64,000 nucleotides of DNA from Sandarakinorhabdus sp. (GTDB taxonomy: Bacteria > Pseudomonadota > Alphaproteobacteria > Sphingomonadales > Sphingomonadaceae): contig NZ_JBBATQ010000006.1 in NCBI RefSeq assembly GCF_040398665.1, forward strand, positions 104,665 to 168,664. Reading direction: 5' to 3'. A model generated the notes under the pieces. That model did not search any database. It was not told the origin of the DNA and saw only the letters and a list, made by a program, of their open reading frames with translations. Each line of letters begins with the position of its first letter. Position 1 is the stretch's first letter. Positions 26,668 through 35,457 of this stretch are shown one piece after another. The translations under genes and the position numbers were made by a program.

Positions 26668-26917
26668 CTAATAGAAATTAATATTTTGATATCCGGCGGA
26701 ATCTAAAAACATTAACACAACTTATAGTTTTGAAGGCCGCTTCGCGCGCCGACCGTGTCGGCCACGGCGCGCGACTTGCTGGCCGATGGGGCCGCCCGAA
26801 TCAGGTGCAACATGTTCCCGGGTGATGACGCCATGTTGCAGGCACCGGATCGTTTCCGCGCAAGCCGAGCATGGCCATCGGGCGGTAGGCCGGTGTGGCG
26901 GTGCCGGCGTCAGTTGA

Positions 26918-27787
26918 TCAGAGGAAGGCGCGCAGTTCGGCCACAAAGCGATCAAACTGGTCGTGGTGCAGCCAATGGCCGGCATCGGCGAAGGTCACGA
27001 CGCCGGCATTCTGGAAATGCGCGATGCGGCCGTCGGCTTCCGGGTTGGAGGCCCAGCTTTTTTCGCCATACATCAGCAACGTCGGGCAGGTGATGCGCTG
27101 CCAAAGCTGCATCACCAGATCGTTTGGCATGTCGTGCAGCCACGGCAGGTGCAGATAATTGTCGAATTTCCAACTGTAGCTGCCGTCCTCGTTGCGGTGG
27201 GTGCCGTGGATGGTGAGGTGGCGAGCCTGTTCCTCGCTCAGAAAGCTGTTTTCCTGATGCATGCGCGCAAATGCATCTTCCAGCGTGGCATATCGCTTGG
27301 GCTGGCGGGCGGCGGCGGCGCGCTTGGCGTCGATCCATTCGCGCTCGCGTGTCGCAAAATCGGTCTTCTGCCGTTCGGCGATCATCTTAGGGCTGGGGCC
27401 GAGGCCTTCGATGGCGACGAGCTTCTTCACGTTTTCCGGATACAGGCCGGCATAGCGCAGCGCGATATTGCCGCCCATCGAATGCGCCACGATGGTGACA
27501 GGCGCCAGCTTCAACTGATGGATCAACTGCGCCAGATCATAGACATAATCGTGGGTGATATAATCGCCATCGGGCGCCCAGGCGCTGTCGCCATGCCCAC
27601 GCCAATCGGGGGCGATGATGTGCCAATCGCCCTGCAATTCGCGCGCCACCCAATCCCAACTGCGGGCATGATCGCGCCCGCCATGCAGCAACAGCAGCGG
27701 CGGCGCGGCGGTGTTGCCCCAATCGCAATAATGCAGCCGCAGCCGCTGCGAGATGAAGCTGTGCGAGGTGGGGCCGGAATTGATCAT
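26918..27787 (-). CDS. Alpha/beta-fold hydrolase
   Basis: LLLLHGGRDHARSWD, nucleophile elbow VAHSMGGN and C-terminal GHWLHHDQ. Confidence 0.8.
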   Translation of the reverse strand: MINSGPTSHSFISQRLRLHYCDWGNTAAPPLLLLHGGRDHARSWDWVARELQGDWHIIAPDWRGHGDSAWAPDGDYITHDYVYDLAQLIHQLKLAPVTIVAHSMGGNIALRYAGLYPENVKKLVAIEGLGPSPKMIAERQKTDFATREREWIDAKRAAAARQPKRYATLEDAFARMHQENSFLSEEQARHLTIHGTHRNEDGSYSWKFDNYLHLPWLHDMPNDLVMQLWQRITCPTLLMYGEKSWASNPEADGRIAHFQNAGVVTFADAGHWLHHDQFDRFVAELRAFL

Positions 27788-27822
27788 GTGGCGGGGTTGG
27801 CGCGTGGCGGCGGCGCTGTCAA

Positions 27823-28674
27823 TCAGGCGGGCAGCAAGCCGCCATGGTGCTGATCACCGCGGGTGAACACCCTGTCATCGGGCAGGATGGCGGTGATGGG
27901 AAGATCGGCACGGCCGGCCAGCCGCTGGTAAAGCGGGCCGAAATCGGTTTCCAGCGTGACGCGCAGCAGATCGTCGAAGCTGTCGATGACGAAATAGGCC
28001 TGCTGATAAGCGTCGATCCGATAGGGTGTTTGCAGCACGCGCTGCAGTTGCCAGCCGATGCGGTTCGGGCTGCTGCTGTCGAGGGCAAACCGCGTCTCGC
28101 CGTGGCTGGAAACGATGCCGGCACCATAGATGGCCAGGCCTCCATCGCCTTTGGCCGGGCTGCGGATCAGGCCGAATTCCACCGTGTACCAATAAAGCCG
28201 CGCCAGCCGATCGATCGCGCCATGATCCGCCGCGCGCAAGCCGCCGCGGCCATAGGCCTGCATGTAATCGGCAAAGGCCGGATGCGCGAGCAACGGCACA
28301 TGGCCGAACACGTCGTGGAACACATCAGGTTCCTGCAGATAATCGAGCTGATCCGGCCGGCGGATGAAATTGCCGGCCGGGAAGCGCCGATGGGCGAGAT
28401 GATCGAAGAACACCGCATCAGGCACCAGGCCCGGCACCGCCACCACCTGCCAGCCGGTGAGCGCCATCAATTGATCGTTGAGCCGGGCAAAATCCGGCAC
28501 GCCGGGCCGGCCGAGATCGAGCAACCGCAGCCCTGCCAGAAATTCCGGCGCGACCCGGCCGGGCAGCAGCCGCGTTTGCCGATCAAACAGATGATCCCAA
28601 ACACGGTGATCGGTGGCGGTGAAATGCGCCCAATCCTGGGGGATGGTCCAATCAAGGGAGGCTTGGCGGTGCAC
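27823..28674 (-). CDS. phhA: Phenylalanine 4-monooxygenase
   Basis: Aromatic amino-acid hydroxylase iron-site context PDVFHDVFGHVPLLAHPAFADYMQAYG and WYTVEFGL...IYGAGIVSS. Bacterial-size 283 aa. Confidence 0.9.
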   Translation of the reverse strand: MHRQASLDWTIPQDWAHFTATDHRVWDHLFDRQTRLLPGRVAPEFLAGLRLLDLGRPGVPDFARLNDQLMALTGWQVVAVPGLVPDAVFFDHLAHRRFPAGNFIRRPDQLDYLQEPDVFHDVFGHVPLLAHPAFADYMQAYGRGGLRAADHGAIDRLARLYWYTVEFGLIRSPAKGDGGLAIYGAGIVSSHGETRFALDSSSPNRIGWQLQRVLQTPYRIDAYQQAYFVIDSFDDLLRVTLETDFGPLYQRLAGRADLPITAILPDDRVFTRGDQHHGGLLPA

Positions 28675-28769
28675 CCAATCAATCTAGCAGGGGGGCGGCC
28701 GCGGCGCGAGTGCTTCCCGGCAGCGGGTCTGGCCTGTATCAAGGGCAGAAGCCTGAGGGGAAATTGCCG

Positions 28770-30272
28770 ATGTCGCTGCCAGCCGATCGCACACCAGTCA
28801 TCATCGGCGTCGGCGAGGTGCTTGACCGGCCCGGCGATCCTGCAGCGGCGCTGGAGCCGCTGGCGCTGATGGAAGCGGCGGTGCGCGCCGCCGATGCAGA
28901 TGCCGGCGGCGGATTTCTGGCGCGCGTCGACAGCCTGGATGTGATCAACCTGATTTCCTGGCGCTATGATCGGGTGGCGGCGCGGTTGGCGGAACGGCTC
29001 GGCATCGTGCCACCGCGCGCCGTGTATGGCGTGGTCGGCGGCGAGACGCCGACAACAAAAATCCACGAAGCCGCGCTGCGCATCATGAACGGCGATTCGA
29101 TGGTGGCGGTGGTGACCGGCGGCGAAGCCCAGAATGCCGTCGCCAAGGCCAAGGCCGCCGGCGTGACGCTGCCGTGGACGCCGCCGGCGAGCGTGCCCGA
29201 GAACCCCATCATCCCATCCGAACATGTGACGCCGCTGGGCATGAGCCACGGCATCTTCCAGCCGATCCACATCTATCCGCTGTATGAAAATGCCACTGTC
29301 GCGGCCTGGGGGCTGACCCCGGCCGAAGCGCTTGCCGAAAGCGGCGCGGCCTATGAACGGATCAGCGCGGCCGCAGCGGCCAACGCGCAAGCCTGGGGGC
29401 GCGCCGCGTTCCGTGCGGACGCGATCACGCAGGTGACCGACGACAACCGCATGATCTGCTGGCCCTATACCAAGCGCATGGTGGCCAACAACAATGTCAA
29501 TGCGGCAGCCGCGGTGCTGATGACCACGCTGGCGGCGGCACGCGCGGCGGGCATCCCGGAACACCGCATCATCCACATCCACGGCGGCGCCAGCGCGGGC
29601 GAACCGATGGATTATCTGAAGCGCGATCAATATGTGCATTCGGCGGCGCAAGACGCCGTGCTCGGCCAGGCGATGCACATCGCGCCGCAAGGCTTTGACC
29701 GGGTCGAACTTTACAGTTGTTTCCCCACCGTGCCGAAGATGGCGCGGCGCACGCTGGGGCTGGCGGCAGATGTGCCGCTTTCCGTGATGGGCGGGCTGTC
29801 ATTCGCGGGGGCTGGCCTGAATTGCTACATGCTGCATTCGGCGTGCGCGATGGTGCGCTCCCTTCGCGATGCCCCGGCCGATTCGGCGCTGCTGTATGGC
29901 CAGGGCGGCTATGTGACCAAGCACCACGCGCTGGTGATCGGCTGCCGCGCCGCCGAGCCGGCGTGGCTGATGCTGAACCGCGATGTGCAGGACATGTGCG
30001 AAAATGCGCGGGGCGACGTGCCGCGCTTCGATGGCGGCTATGCCGGGCCGGCACGCGTGGAAACGTTCAGTATCGTCTTCGGCCGCGATGGCCAGCCCAG
30101 CCATGGCAGTGTGGTGGGGCGCACGCCGGATCAGGCAAGGGTGTTCGGCAAGCTGGACATGGCGGACAATGTGGGGCTGGCTGCCTTTCTCAGCGTTGAT
30201 GCCAGCCCTGTCGGCATGGCGGGCCGCGTGGATGCGGGCGATGATGGGTTGCAGCACTGGCGGGTCACGTAA
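28770..30272 (+). CDS. Thiolase-superfamily protein (acetyl-CoA acetyltransferase-like, SCP-x type)
   Basis: Start at MSLPADRTPVIIGVGE. Pattern ...GGETPTTKIHEAALRIMNGDSMVAVVTGGEA... and ...ELYSCFP....GGLSFAGAGLNCY. Family call recalled from memory. Confidence 0.6.
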   Translation: MSLPADRTPVIIGVGEVLDRPGDPAAALEPLALMEAAVRAADADAGGGFLARVDSLDVINLISWRYDRVAARLAERLGIVPPRAVYGVVGGETPTTKIHEAALRIMNGDSMVAVVTGGEAQNAVAKAKAAGVTLPWTPPASVPENPIIPSEHVTPLGMSHGIFQPIHIYPLYENATVAAWGLTPAEALAESGAAYERISAAAAANAQAWGRAAFRADAITQVTDDNRMICWPYTKRMVANNNVNAAAAVLMTTLAAARAAGIPEHRIIHIHGGASAGEPMDYLKRDQYVHSAAQDAVLGQAMHIAPQGFDRVELYSCFPTVPKMARRTLGLAADVPLSVMGGLSFAGAGLNCYMLHSACAMVRSLRDAPADSALLYGQGGYVTKHHALVIGCRAAEPAWLMLNRDVQDMCENARGDVPRFDGGYAGPARVETFSIVFGRDGQPSHGSVVGRTPDQARVFGKLDMADNVGLAAFLSVDASPVGMAGRVDAGDDGLQHWRVT

Positions 30273-30344
30273 CAGGCACCCTTGGTGGCGGCGCGTTGAC
30301 GGCATCATGATGCTGCCGACACCGGCCCGCCTGCTCGCCCCATG

Positions 30345-30379
30345 ACGCCGCGCCTGTCCATTTTGAGCAGGCGCGGCGT
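30345..30379 (+). terminator. GC-rich hairpin downstream of the thiolase-like gene (possible terminator, no U-tract)
   Basis: 12-bp perfect stem ACGCCGCGCCTG / CAGGCGCGGCGT (30345-30356 / 30368-30379) with an 11-nt loop. About 70 nt after the stop at 30272. Confidence 0.4.
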
Positions 30380-30467
30380 GGACTGCACCTTCCCAACCGA
30401 TATCAGGCTTGAGCGGTGGCGCGACGCCATGGTGATCCCGTGAAATGACTGATCCAAAGGGAACAGG

Positions 30468-31790
30468 ATGAGCAAGTGGAATTTCTTGCGTGTCGTGGCC
30501 GCATCTGACGGTCAGGTCGGCAGCACCATTGATACATCGGGCACCGGATTGCCGATGACGGCTGCTGATCTGGCGGCCATGCGGACTGTGATTGGCGGCA
30601 ACGTCGCCGCGTTTGAACAGTCGCTGCAAGACATGTGGCGCATGCCGGAGAATTTCCGCCAGATGATGGCACCGATCGAGGCGGCGGTTGCCAATCTTGA
30701 TCTGGTGCGGCGGCAACTGGCAGCGAGCGAGGCGCAACTGGCGCGCGAATCGCTGAGCGCCACCACAGCGCAGCGCGACCTTGATCGGCTGGCCGAAGTG
30801 ACGGACCGGCTGCAACGCGACCTGCTGATTGAGCAGACCACCGCTGCCGCCCTGCAACAGCGTGTCAGCAACCTGGATGCTGACAATGCCCGATTGGTGC
30901 AGACCGACATCAACCTGACCGCCGCATTGCAGCGCAGCCAGGCCGAAACCGGCGAAGCAATCAGCCAACTGCAGGAAAGCAACCGGCAACTGGCAGAGAT
31001 GGCGGTGGCGCAGGCGGTTGCCGACCGGCGCATCGGCCAGCTGCAGACGGAGCTGGAGCAGACCAGTGGCGATCTGGCAGAGCGTGACGCCGCGCTGGCC
31101 GCCGTGTCGTTGAGCGAGCGCCATTTGCGTGCGCGGCTGGAAATGGCCGCTGAATCGATTGCCGAACTCGAGGCATCGGTGCGTCAAGTCGATGAACGCT
31201 ATGGCGAGACTCGCGCCGCCCTGCAGCGCGAGCGCGATACGGGGGTAACCCTGCGCACCGATTTGAACCACACCAGGCAGATGCTGACCGAAATGGAGGC
31301 CCGACTGGAAAATCAGACCGAGGCGGCACAAACCCAGGCGAGGGCGCAGGAGCATCGCATGGAGATGTTGCGCGCGCGCATGGCCGAAGCCGAGCACAGC
31401 CTGGCGCTGGAACGGCGCAAGCGGCGCGAGAGCGATTTCGATCTGGCCCGGTCGACGAGCACCATCGACGCTTCGAACCGCAGCATGGCAGACCTGCGGG
31501 TTCAACTGGCCAGTGCGAACGAGGCACAGGCCATGCTGGCCCGCAAGCTGAACGAAGAGAGCGAGCGCAGCCGGGCGCTGGAAGCGCAACTGGCCGCCAC
31601 CCGCGATCAGGCCGCGGCGGATTATCAGGAATTCCTGTCCAACGTCTCGAATTTCCGGGCGTCGGAAGCATCGCTGAACGAATCGCTCGATCGGTTGCGG
31701 CGGCGCCTGACATTGTTGGAAAGCGACAATGACCGCTTGCACCGTGGCCTGCCGGTTGCCGTGCGGGATGAGTTGGCTGGACAGGACTGA
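30468..31790 (+). CDS. Long coiled-coil protein, function unknown
   Basis: 440 aa. After about 60 N-terminal residues it is almost uninterrupted Ala/Leu/Gln/Glu/Arg-rich helical sequence. AAGGGA lies upstream of the ATG. Confidence 0.65.
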   Translation: MSKWNFLRVVAASDGQVGSTIDTSGTGLPMTAADLAAMRTVIGGNVAAFEQSLQDMWRMPENFRQMMAPIEAAVANLDLVRRQLAASEAQLARESLSATTAQRDLDRLAEVTDRLQRDLLIEQTTAAALQQRVSNLDADNARLVQTDINLTAALQRSQAETGEAISQLQESNRQLAEMAVAQAVADRRIGQLQTELEQTSGDLAERDAALAAVSLSERHLRARLEMAAESIAELEASVRQVDERYGETRAALQRERDTGVTLRTDLNHTRQMLTEMEARLENQTEAAQTQARAQEHRMEMLRARMAEAEHSLALERRKRRESDFDLARSTSTIDASNRSMADLRVQLASANEAQAMLARKLNEESERSRALEAQLAATRDQAAADYQEFLSNVSNFRASEASLNESLDRLRRRLTLLESDNDRLHRGLPVAVRDELAGQD

Positions 31791-31852
31791 ACGACTGCCA
31801 GCGCGCCAGGATGGAGGCAGGGTTCGACATCGACCCGCTTCGTTCTGGTCGG

Positions 31853-32662
31853 TCAACCGCCCAGGCGATCCAGTGCATGGTACAACAGCACGCCGGCACA
31901 CACGGCGACGTTCAGGCTGTCGGCCGTGCCGTGCATCGGCAGCTTCACCACCGCGTCACACTGGGCGGCATATTCGGCGGGCAGGCCGGATTGTTCGTTG
32001 CCCATGAACAGGAAGCAGGGCGCAGCATAGCCATGGGCGCGGTAATCGACGGTGCGGCCATCCAGCGCTGCGCCAACCAATTGCCCGTCCCCCTGCCGCA
32101 GCCAGGCGAAGAACTCCGGCCCGGAGGCGCGCGCGACCTGCCGGCTGAACAGTGCGCCCATGCTGGCGCGCACGGCCTCCACGCTGAACGGGTCGCAGCT
32201 TTGATCGAGCAGAATCACCCCGCCGGCGCCGGTGGCGTCGCAGGTGCGCAGCATGGTGCCGAAATTGCCGGGGTCCTTCAGATTCTCCGCCACCAGCCAC
32301 AGGTTGCTGCGGGCGCGATCGATGCGCGCCAGCGACGTGTCCGGGATCGGATAGGCCGCCGCGACGCCCTGGGCATTGTCCTTGCCGGTCAGCCGCTGCA
32401 TCAGATCGGGCGTGGTGCGCAGGATGGTGGCGTGCGCTGCGCCGGCTGCGGCAATCAGTGCCTGGGTGAGCGGATGGCGCTCGGCCTCAGGCGTGAACAC
32501 CAAAGTGGTCGGCACCTGCCCGGCGCCGAGCGCTTCGGTGCAGACGCGCAGGCCTTCGGCCAGGAACTGCCCAGCCTCGCGGCGGCCGCGCTTGTCGGCC
32601 AGCGTCTTCAGCGATTTCAGCACCGGGTTGGCCGCCGAGGTGACATCGGTAATGCGGATCAT
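31853..32662 (-). CDS. TrmH/SpoU-family RNA 2'-O-methyltransferase
   Basis: Start at MIRITDVTSAANP. SpoU motifs LVAENLKDPGNFGTMLRTCDATG, FLFMGNEQSGLP and LPMHGTADSLNVAVCAGVLLY. Confidence 0.85.
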   Translation of the reverse strand: MIRITDVTSAANPVLKSLKTLADKRGRREAGQFLAEGLRVCTEALGAGQVPTTLVFTPEAERHPLTQALIAAAGAAHATILRTTPDLMQRLTGKDNAQGVAAAYPIPDTSLARIDRARSNLWLVAENLKDPGNFGTMLRTCDATGAGGVILLDQSCDPFSVEAVRASMGALFSRQVARASGPEFFAWLRQGDGQLVGAALDGRTVDYRAHGYAAPCFLFMGNEQSGLPAEYAAQCDAVVKLPMHGTADSLNVAVCAGVLLYHALDRLGG

Positions 32663-32672
32663 GGCGCCCAGA

Positions 32673-33293
32673 TCACAAAGCAACGATATTGTAAGTGTGC
32701 CAGAGCAGGATCGACAGCGCGCCGCGGTGCGGGCGCATCGGTTCGGCCAGGGCGCGAGCGCGCTTTTCGGTCGGGCGCGATGCTTCGCCGAGCAGCCGGC
32801 CCAATTGCACCTGCAAAGCCAGATCACCGGCCGGGAAGATATCGGGCCGGCCTTCGGCGAACAGCAGGTAAATCTCTGCCGACCAGCGGCCGATGCCCTT
32901 GATCGAGGACAGCAGCACGATGGCCGCCTCGTCATCGGCGGGCAGGGCGGCAAAATCCACGTGCCCGCCGGTCACCGCTGCGGCCAGCGCGTGGACATAG
33001 CTGGCCTTCTGCCCGGACAGGCCGGCGCTGCGCAGTGTGTCGAACGGAGTGGCGGCAACGCGGGCCAGATCGTCCATGTCGCCGCCGCATGCGGCTTCCA
33101 GCTTGTTCCAGATGCTTGCGGCCGCCTTGGTGCTGACCTGCTGGGCTACGATGGCGCGCATCATCGTGCCGGCACCGCGCGGCCGCAGCCGGGGTTCAGG
33201 CCGGCCATGCGCGGCCAGCGTGGCGGCCACCGGGGGATGAAGGGCCGCCAATGCATCGAGGCTGGCGGCCAGTTGTTCAGCAGAAAGGCCCAT
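32673..33293 (-). CDS. DNA-3-methyladenine glycosylase II-like (HhH-GPD family, AlkA-type)
   Basis: 206 aa from MGLSAEQLAASL. QQVSTKAAASIWNKL, LSSIKGIGRWSAEIYLLF (HhH-GPD) and FPAGDLAL. The rest of the 748-aa ORF is antisense junk. Confidence 0.75.
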   Translation of the reverse strand: MGLSAEQLAASLDALAALHPPVAATLAAHGRPEPRLRPRGAGTMMRAIVAQQVSTKAAASIWNKLEAACGGDMDDLARVAATPFDTLRSAGLSGQKASYVHALAAAVTGGHVDFAALPADDEAAIVLLSSIKGIGRWSAEIYLLFAEGRPDIFPAGDLALQVQLGRLLGEASRPTEKRARALAEPMRPHRGALSILLWHTYNIVAL

Positions 33294-33380
33294 GGGCAAC
33301 AGCCTAGCGGGGCAGCGGCCGGCTGGCCAGCGGGGGCGATGTTGACGTCTGTAAATCGCTGGTTTGGTTCCAGTGGCACG

Positions 33381-33473
33381 CCCCACCCTCAGCGCCTCCC
33401 GCAAGCGGGAGGGGAGCGGATTGCACATGCACCAACGATTCCCCTCCCGCTTGCGGAAGGGGCTTGAGGTGGG
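33381..33473. repeat. Two head-to-head REP-like hairpin units (copy B)
   Basis: Left unit CCCCACCCTCAGCGCCTCCCGCAAGCGGGAGGGGAG. Right unit is its imperfect reverse complement (TTCCCCTCCCGCTTGCGGAAGGGGCTTGAGGTGGG). They are separated by about 24 nt, between divergent genes. Confidence 0.7.
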
Positions 33474-33497
33474 AATGGCTGGCCCGAAACCCGCGAT

Positions 33498-34661
33498 TTG
33501 GCCTTTCGCCCCCGACCCGTTATGGTCCCGAGGATGGTCGACCCTCGTGTCCGCATCGGCTTTTTCCAAGACAAGAACCGTGCCTTCTGGATTTTGCAGG
33601 GCGGCGGCTGGATCGCCTATCTGATGCTCAGGGCGCTGTCGGGCCTTGCCAATTCGATGGGGCTGGCCTTCGTGCTGCCAGCGATGATCATCACGGCGAC
33701 CGGCTTTTCGATCACCCTGCTGCTGGCAGCCGCCTATCGCCGGCTGATCGCCATGAAGCCGATCTGGACCTGGACGCTGACCGCCATGTTGCTGATGACG
33801 GCCGCAGCGCTGTTTTCGGTGTTGGAGGTGTGGGCGCACGCGACCTTCTATCAACCCGGCTGGCAGCCCAAGGGCATCCAGTTCCTGGGGGCAATTCTGC
33901 TGGATTTCTCGGTGCTCGGGGCCTGGACGGGGCTCTATTACGGGATCAACTATTATCTGCTGCTCGCCGATCAATCGGAGCGGATGCTGAACATGGCGGC
34001 ACAGGCCAACAGCGCGCAACTGGCCATGCTGCGCTATCAACTCAACCCGCATTTCCTGTTCAACACGCTGAACAGCATCTCGACACTGGTGCTGCTGAAA
34101 CAGACCGACCGTGCCAACGCCATGCTGTCGCGGCTGGCGAGTTTCCTGCGCTACAGCCTGGTCGGGGAACGCGAAGGCCTCGCCACGGTTGCGCAGGAGG
34201 CGGAAGCGCTGAAGCTGTATCTCGATATCGAACGCACCCGCTTCGAGGCCCGGCTGCGCACCCGGTTCGATGTCGCGCCCGATGTGATGGAGGCGCGGCT
34301 GCCATCGCTGTTGCTGCAACCCATTGTGGAAAATGCCATCAAATATGCCGTTACCCCATCCGAAGACGGCGCCGACATCGTGATCGACGCGCGGCGCATG
34401 GGCGACCGGCTGGTGATCACCATTGCCGATACCGGCCCTGGCCTGGGTGGAACGCCGGCAGACGCGGGCGGTACCGGTGTGGGGCTGGCCAATATCCGCG
34501 AGCGACTGGCGCAAAGCTATGGCCCGGATCATCGCTTTGAACTGGCGGACAATGAACCGCAGGGGCTGATCGCGCTGATCGACATTCCGTATCAGACCGA
34601 GATTGTGCCACTTCCTGCCGCATACCCGATTGCAGCGCCGCAACTTGGCTCGCAAGGATGA
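33498..34661 (+). CDS. Sensor histidine kinase, LytS/YehU (AlgZ/FimS-like) family
   Basis: N-terminal multi-TM region, then LRYQLNPHFLFNTLNSISTLV (His_kinase PF06580-type H-box) and the ATPase part QPIVENAIKYAV...ADTGPGL. The exact start is uncertain. Confidence 0.85.
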   Translation: MAFRPRPVMVPRMVDPRVRIGFFQDKNRAFWILQGGGWIAYLMLRALSGLANSMGLAFVLPAMIITATGFSITLLLAAAYRRLIAMKPIWTWTLTAMLLMTAAALFSVLEVWAHATFYQPGWQPKGIQFLGAILLDFSVLGAWTGLYYGINYYLLLADQSERMLNMAAQANSAQLAMLRYQLNPHFLFNTLNSISTLVLLKQTDRANAMLSRLASFLRYSLVGEREGLATVAQEAEALKLYLDIERTRFEARLRTRFDVAPDVMEARLPSLLLQPIVENAIKYAVTPSEDGADIVIDARRMGDRLVITIADTGPGLGGTPADAGGTGVGLANIRERLAQSYGPDHRFELADNEPQGLIALIDIPYQTEIVPLPAAYPIAAPQLGSQG

Positions 34662-34665
34662 TGCC

Positions 34666-35457
34666 ATGCTGATCCGTGCAATCCTGGTTGATGATGAACC
34701 GCTGGCCATCCAGGGCCTGGAACTGCGCTTGGCTGCGTTCGACGATATCGAGATTGTCGAGCGCTGCGCCAATGGCCGTGAGGCGATCCGTGCCATCCGC
34801 ACCCACAAGCCCGATCTGGTGTTTCTCGATATCCAGATGCCGGGTTTCGATGGCTTCTCCGTGATCTCCGGCTTGTCCGATATCGAGCCGCCGTTGTTCG
34901 TGTTCGTCACCGCCTTCATGCAGCACGCGCTGAAGGCCTTTGATGCCCAGGCGGTGGATTATCTGCTCAAACCCGTCGAGGAAGAGCGGCTGGCCGCCAC
35001 CGTCGAGCGCGTCCGCCAGCGCCTCGCCGAGCGCCAGGGTGCGCAGGGCGCCGAGCGCTTGAAGGAAATCCTGTCCGAAGTCGCCCCCGAAGCCCTGCCG
35101 GATGATCTGGCCGATGCGCCGGCCGCCAGCCGGTTTGAAAAGGTCATCAACATCAAGGATCGCGGCCAGATTTTCCGGGTGGAAGTGGCCGAGATCGAAC
35201 GCATCGATGCCGCCGGCGATTATATGTGCATCTACACCGCCGATCAGACCCTTGTGCTGCGCGAGACGATGAAGGATCTCGAAAAGCGCCTTGATCCCAA
35301 GAAGTTCCAGCGCATCCACCGTTCGACCATCGTCAATCTCGACAATATCAAGAGCGTCAAGCCGCACACCAACGGCGAATGTTTCCTGGTGCTGGGCAGC
35401 GGCACGCAGGTGAAGGTCTCGCGCTCCTATCGCGACGTGGTGGCGCGCTTCCTTTAA
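34666..35457 (+). CDS. LytTR-family response regulator
   Basis: Receiver domain ILVDDEPLAI...PDLVFLDIQMPGFDG and LytTR domain ...IERIDAAGDYMCIYT...FQRIHRSTIVNLDNI. Confidence 0.9.
   Translation: MLIRAILVDDEPLAIQGLELRLAAFDDIEIVERCANGREAIRAIRTHKPDLVFLDIQMPGFDGFSVISGLSDIEPPLFVFVTAFMQHALKAFDAQAVDYLLKPVEEERLAATVERVRQRLAERQGAQGAERLKEILSEVAPEALPDDLADAPAASRFEKVINIKDRGQIFRVEVAEIERIDAAGDYMCIYTADQTLVLRETMKDLEKRLDPKKFQRIHRSTIVNLDNIKSVKPHTNGECFLVLGSGTQVKVSRSYRDVVARFL

Noticed and set aside
29799-31901. 700-aa minus-strand ORF opposite the coiled-coil gene
   Set aside because: Its composition is Arg/Gln/His/Gly-rich without domains. It is the antisense shadow of a codon-biased Ala/Leu/Glu/Gln-rich gene. 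The plus-strand frame has a ribosome-binding site and a coherent coiled-coil sequence.
33294-34919. Upstream 542 codons of the 748-aa ORF 32673-34919
   Set aside because: Only the last 206 residues are AlkA-like. The remainder runs antisense through the REP pair and the histidine-kinase gene, which has clear H-box and ATPase motifs.
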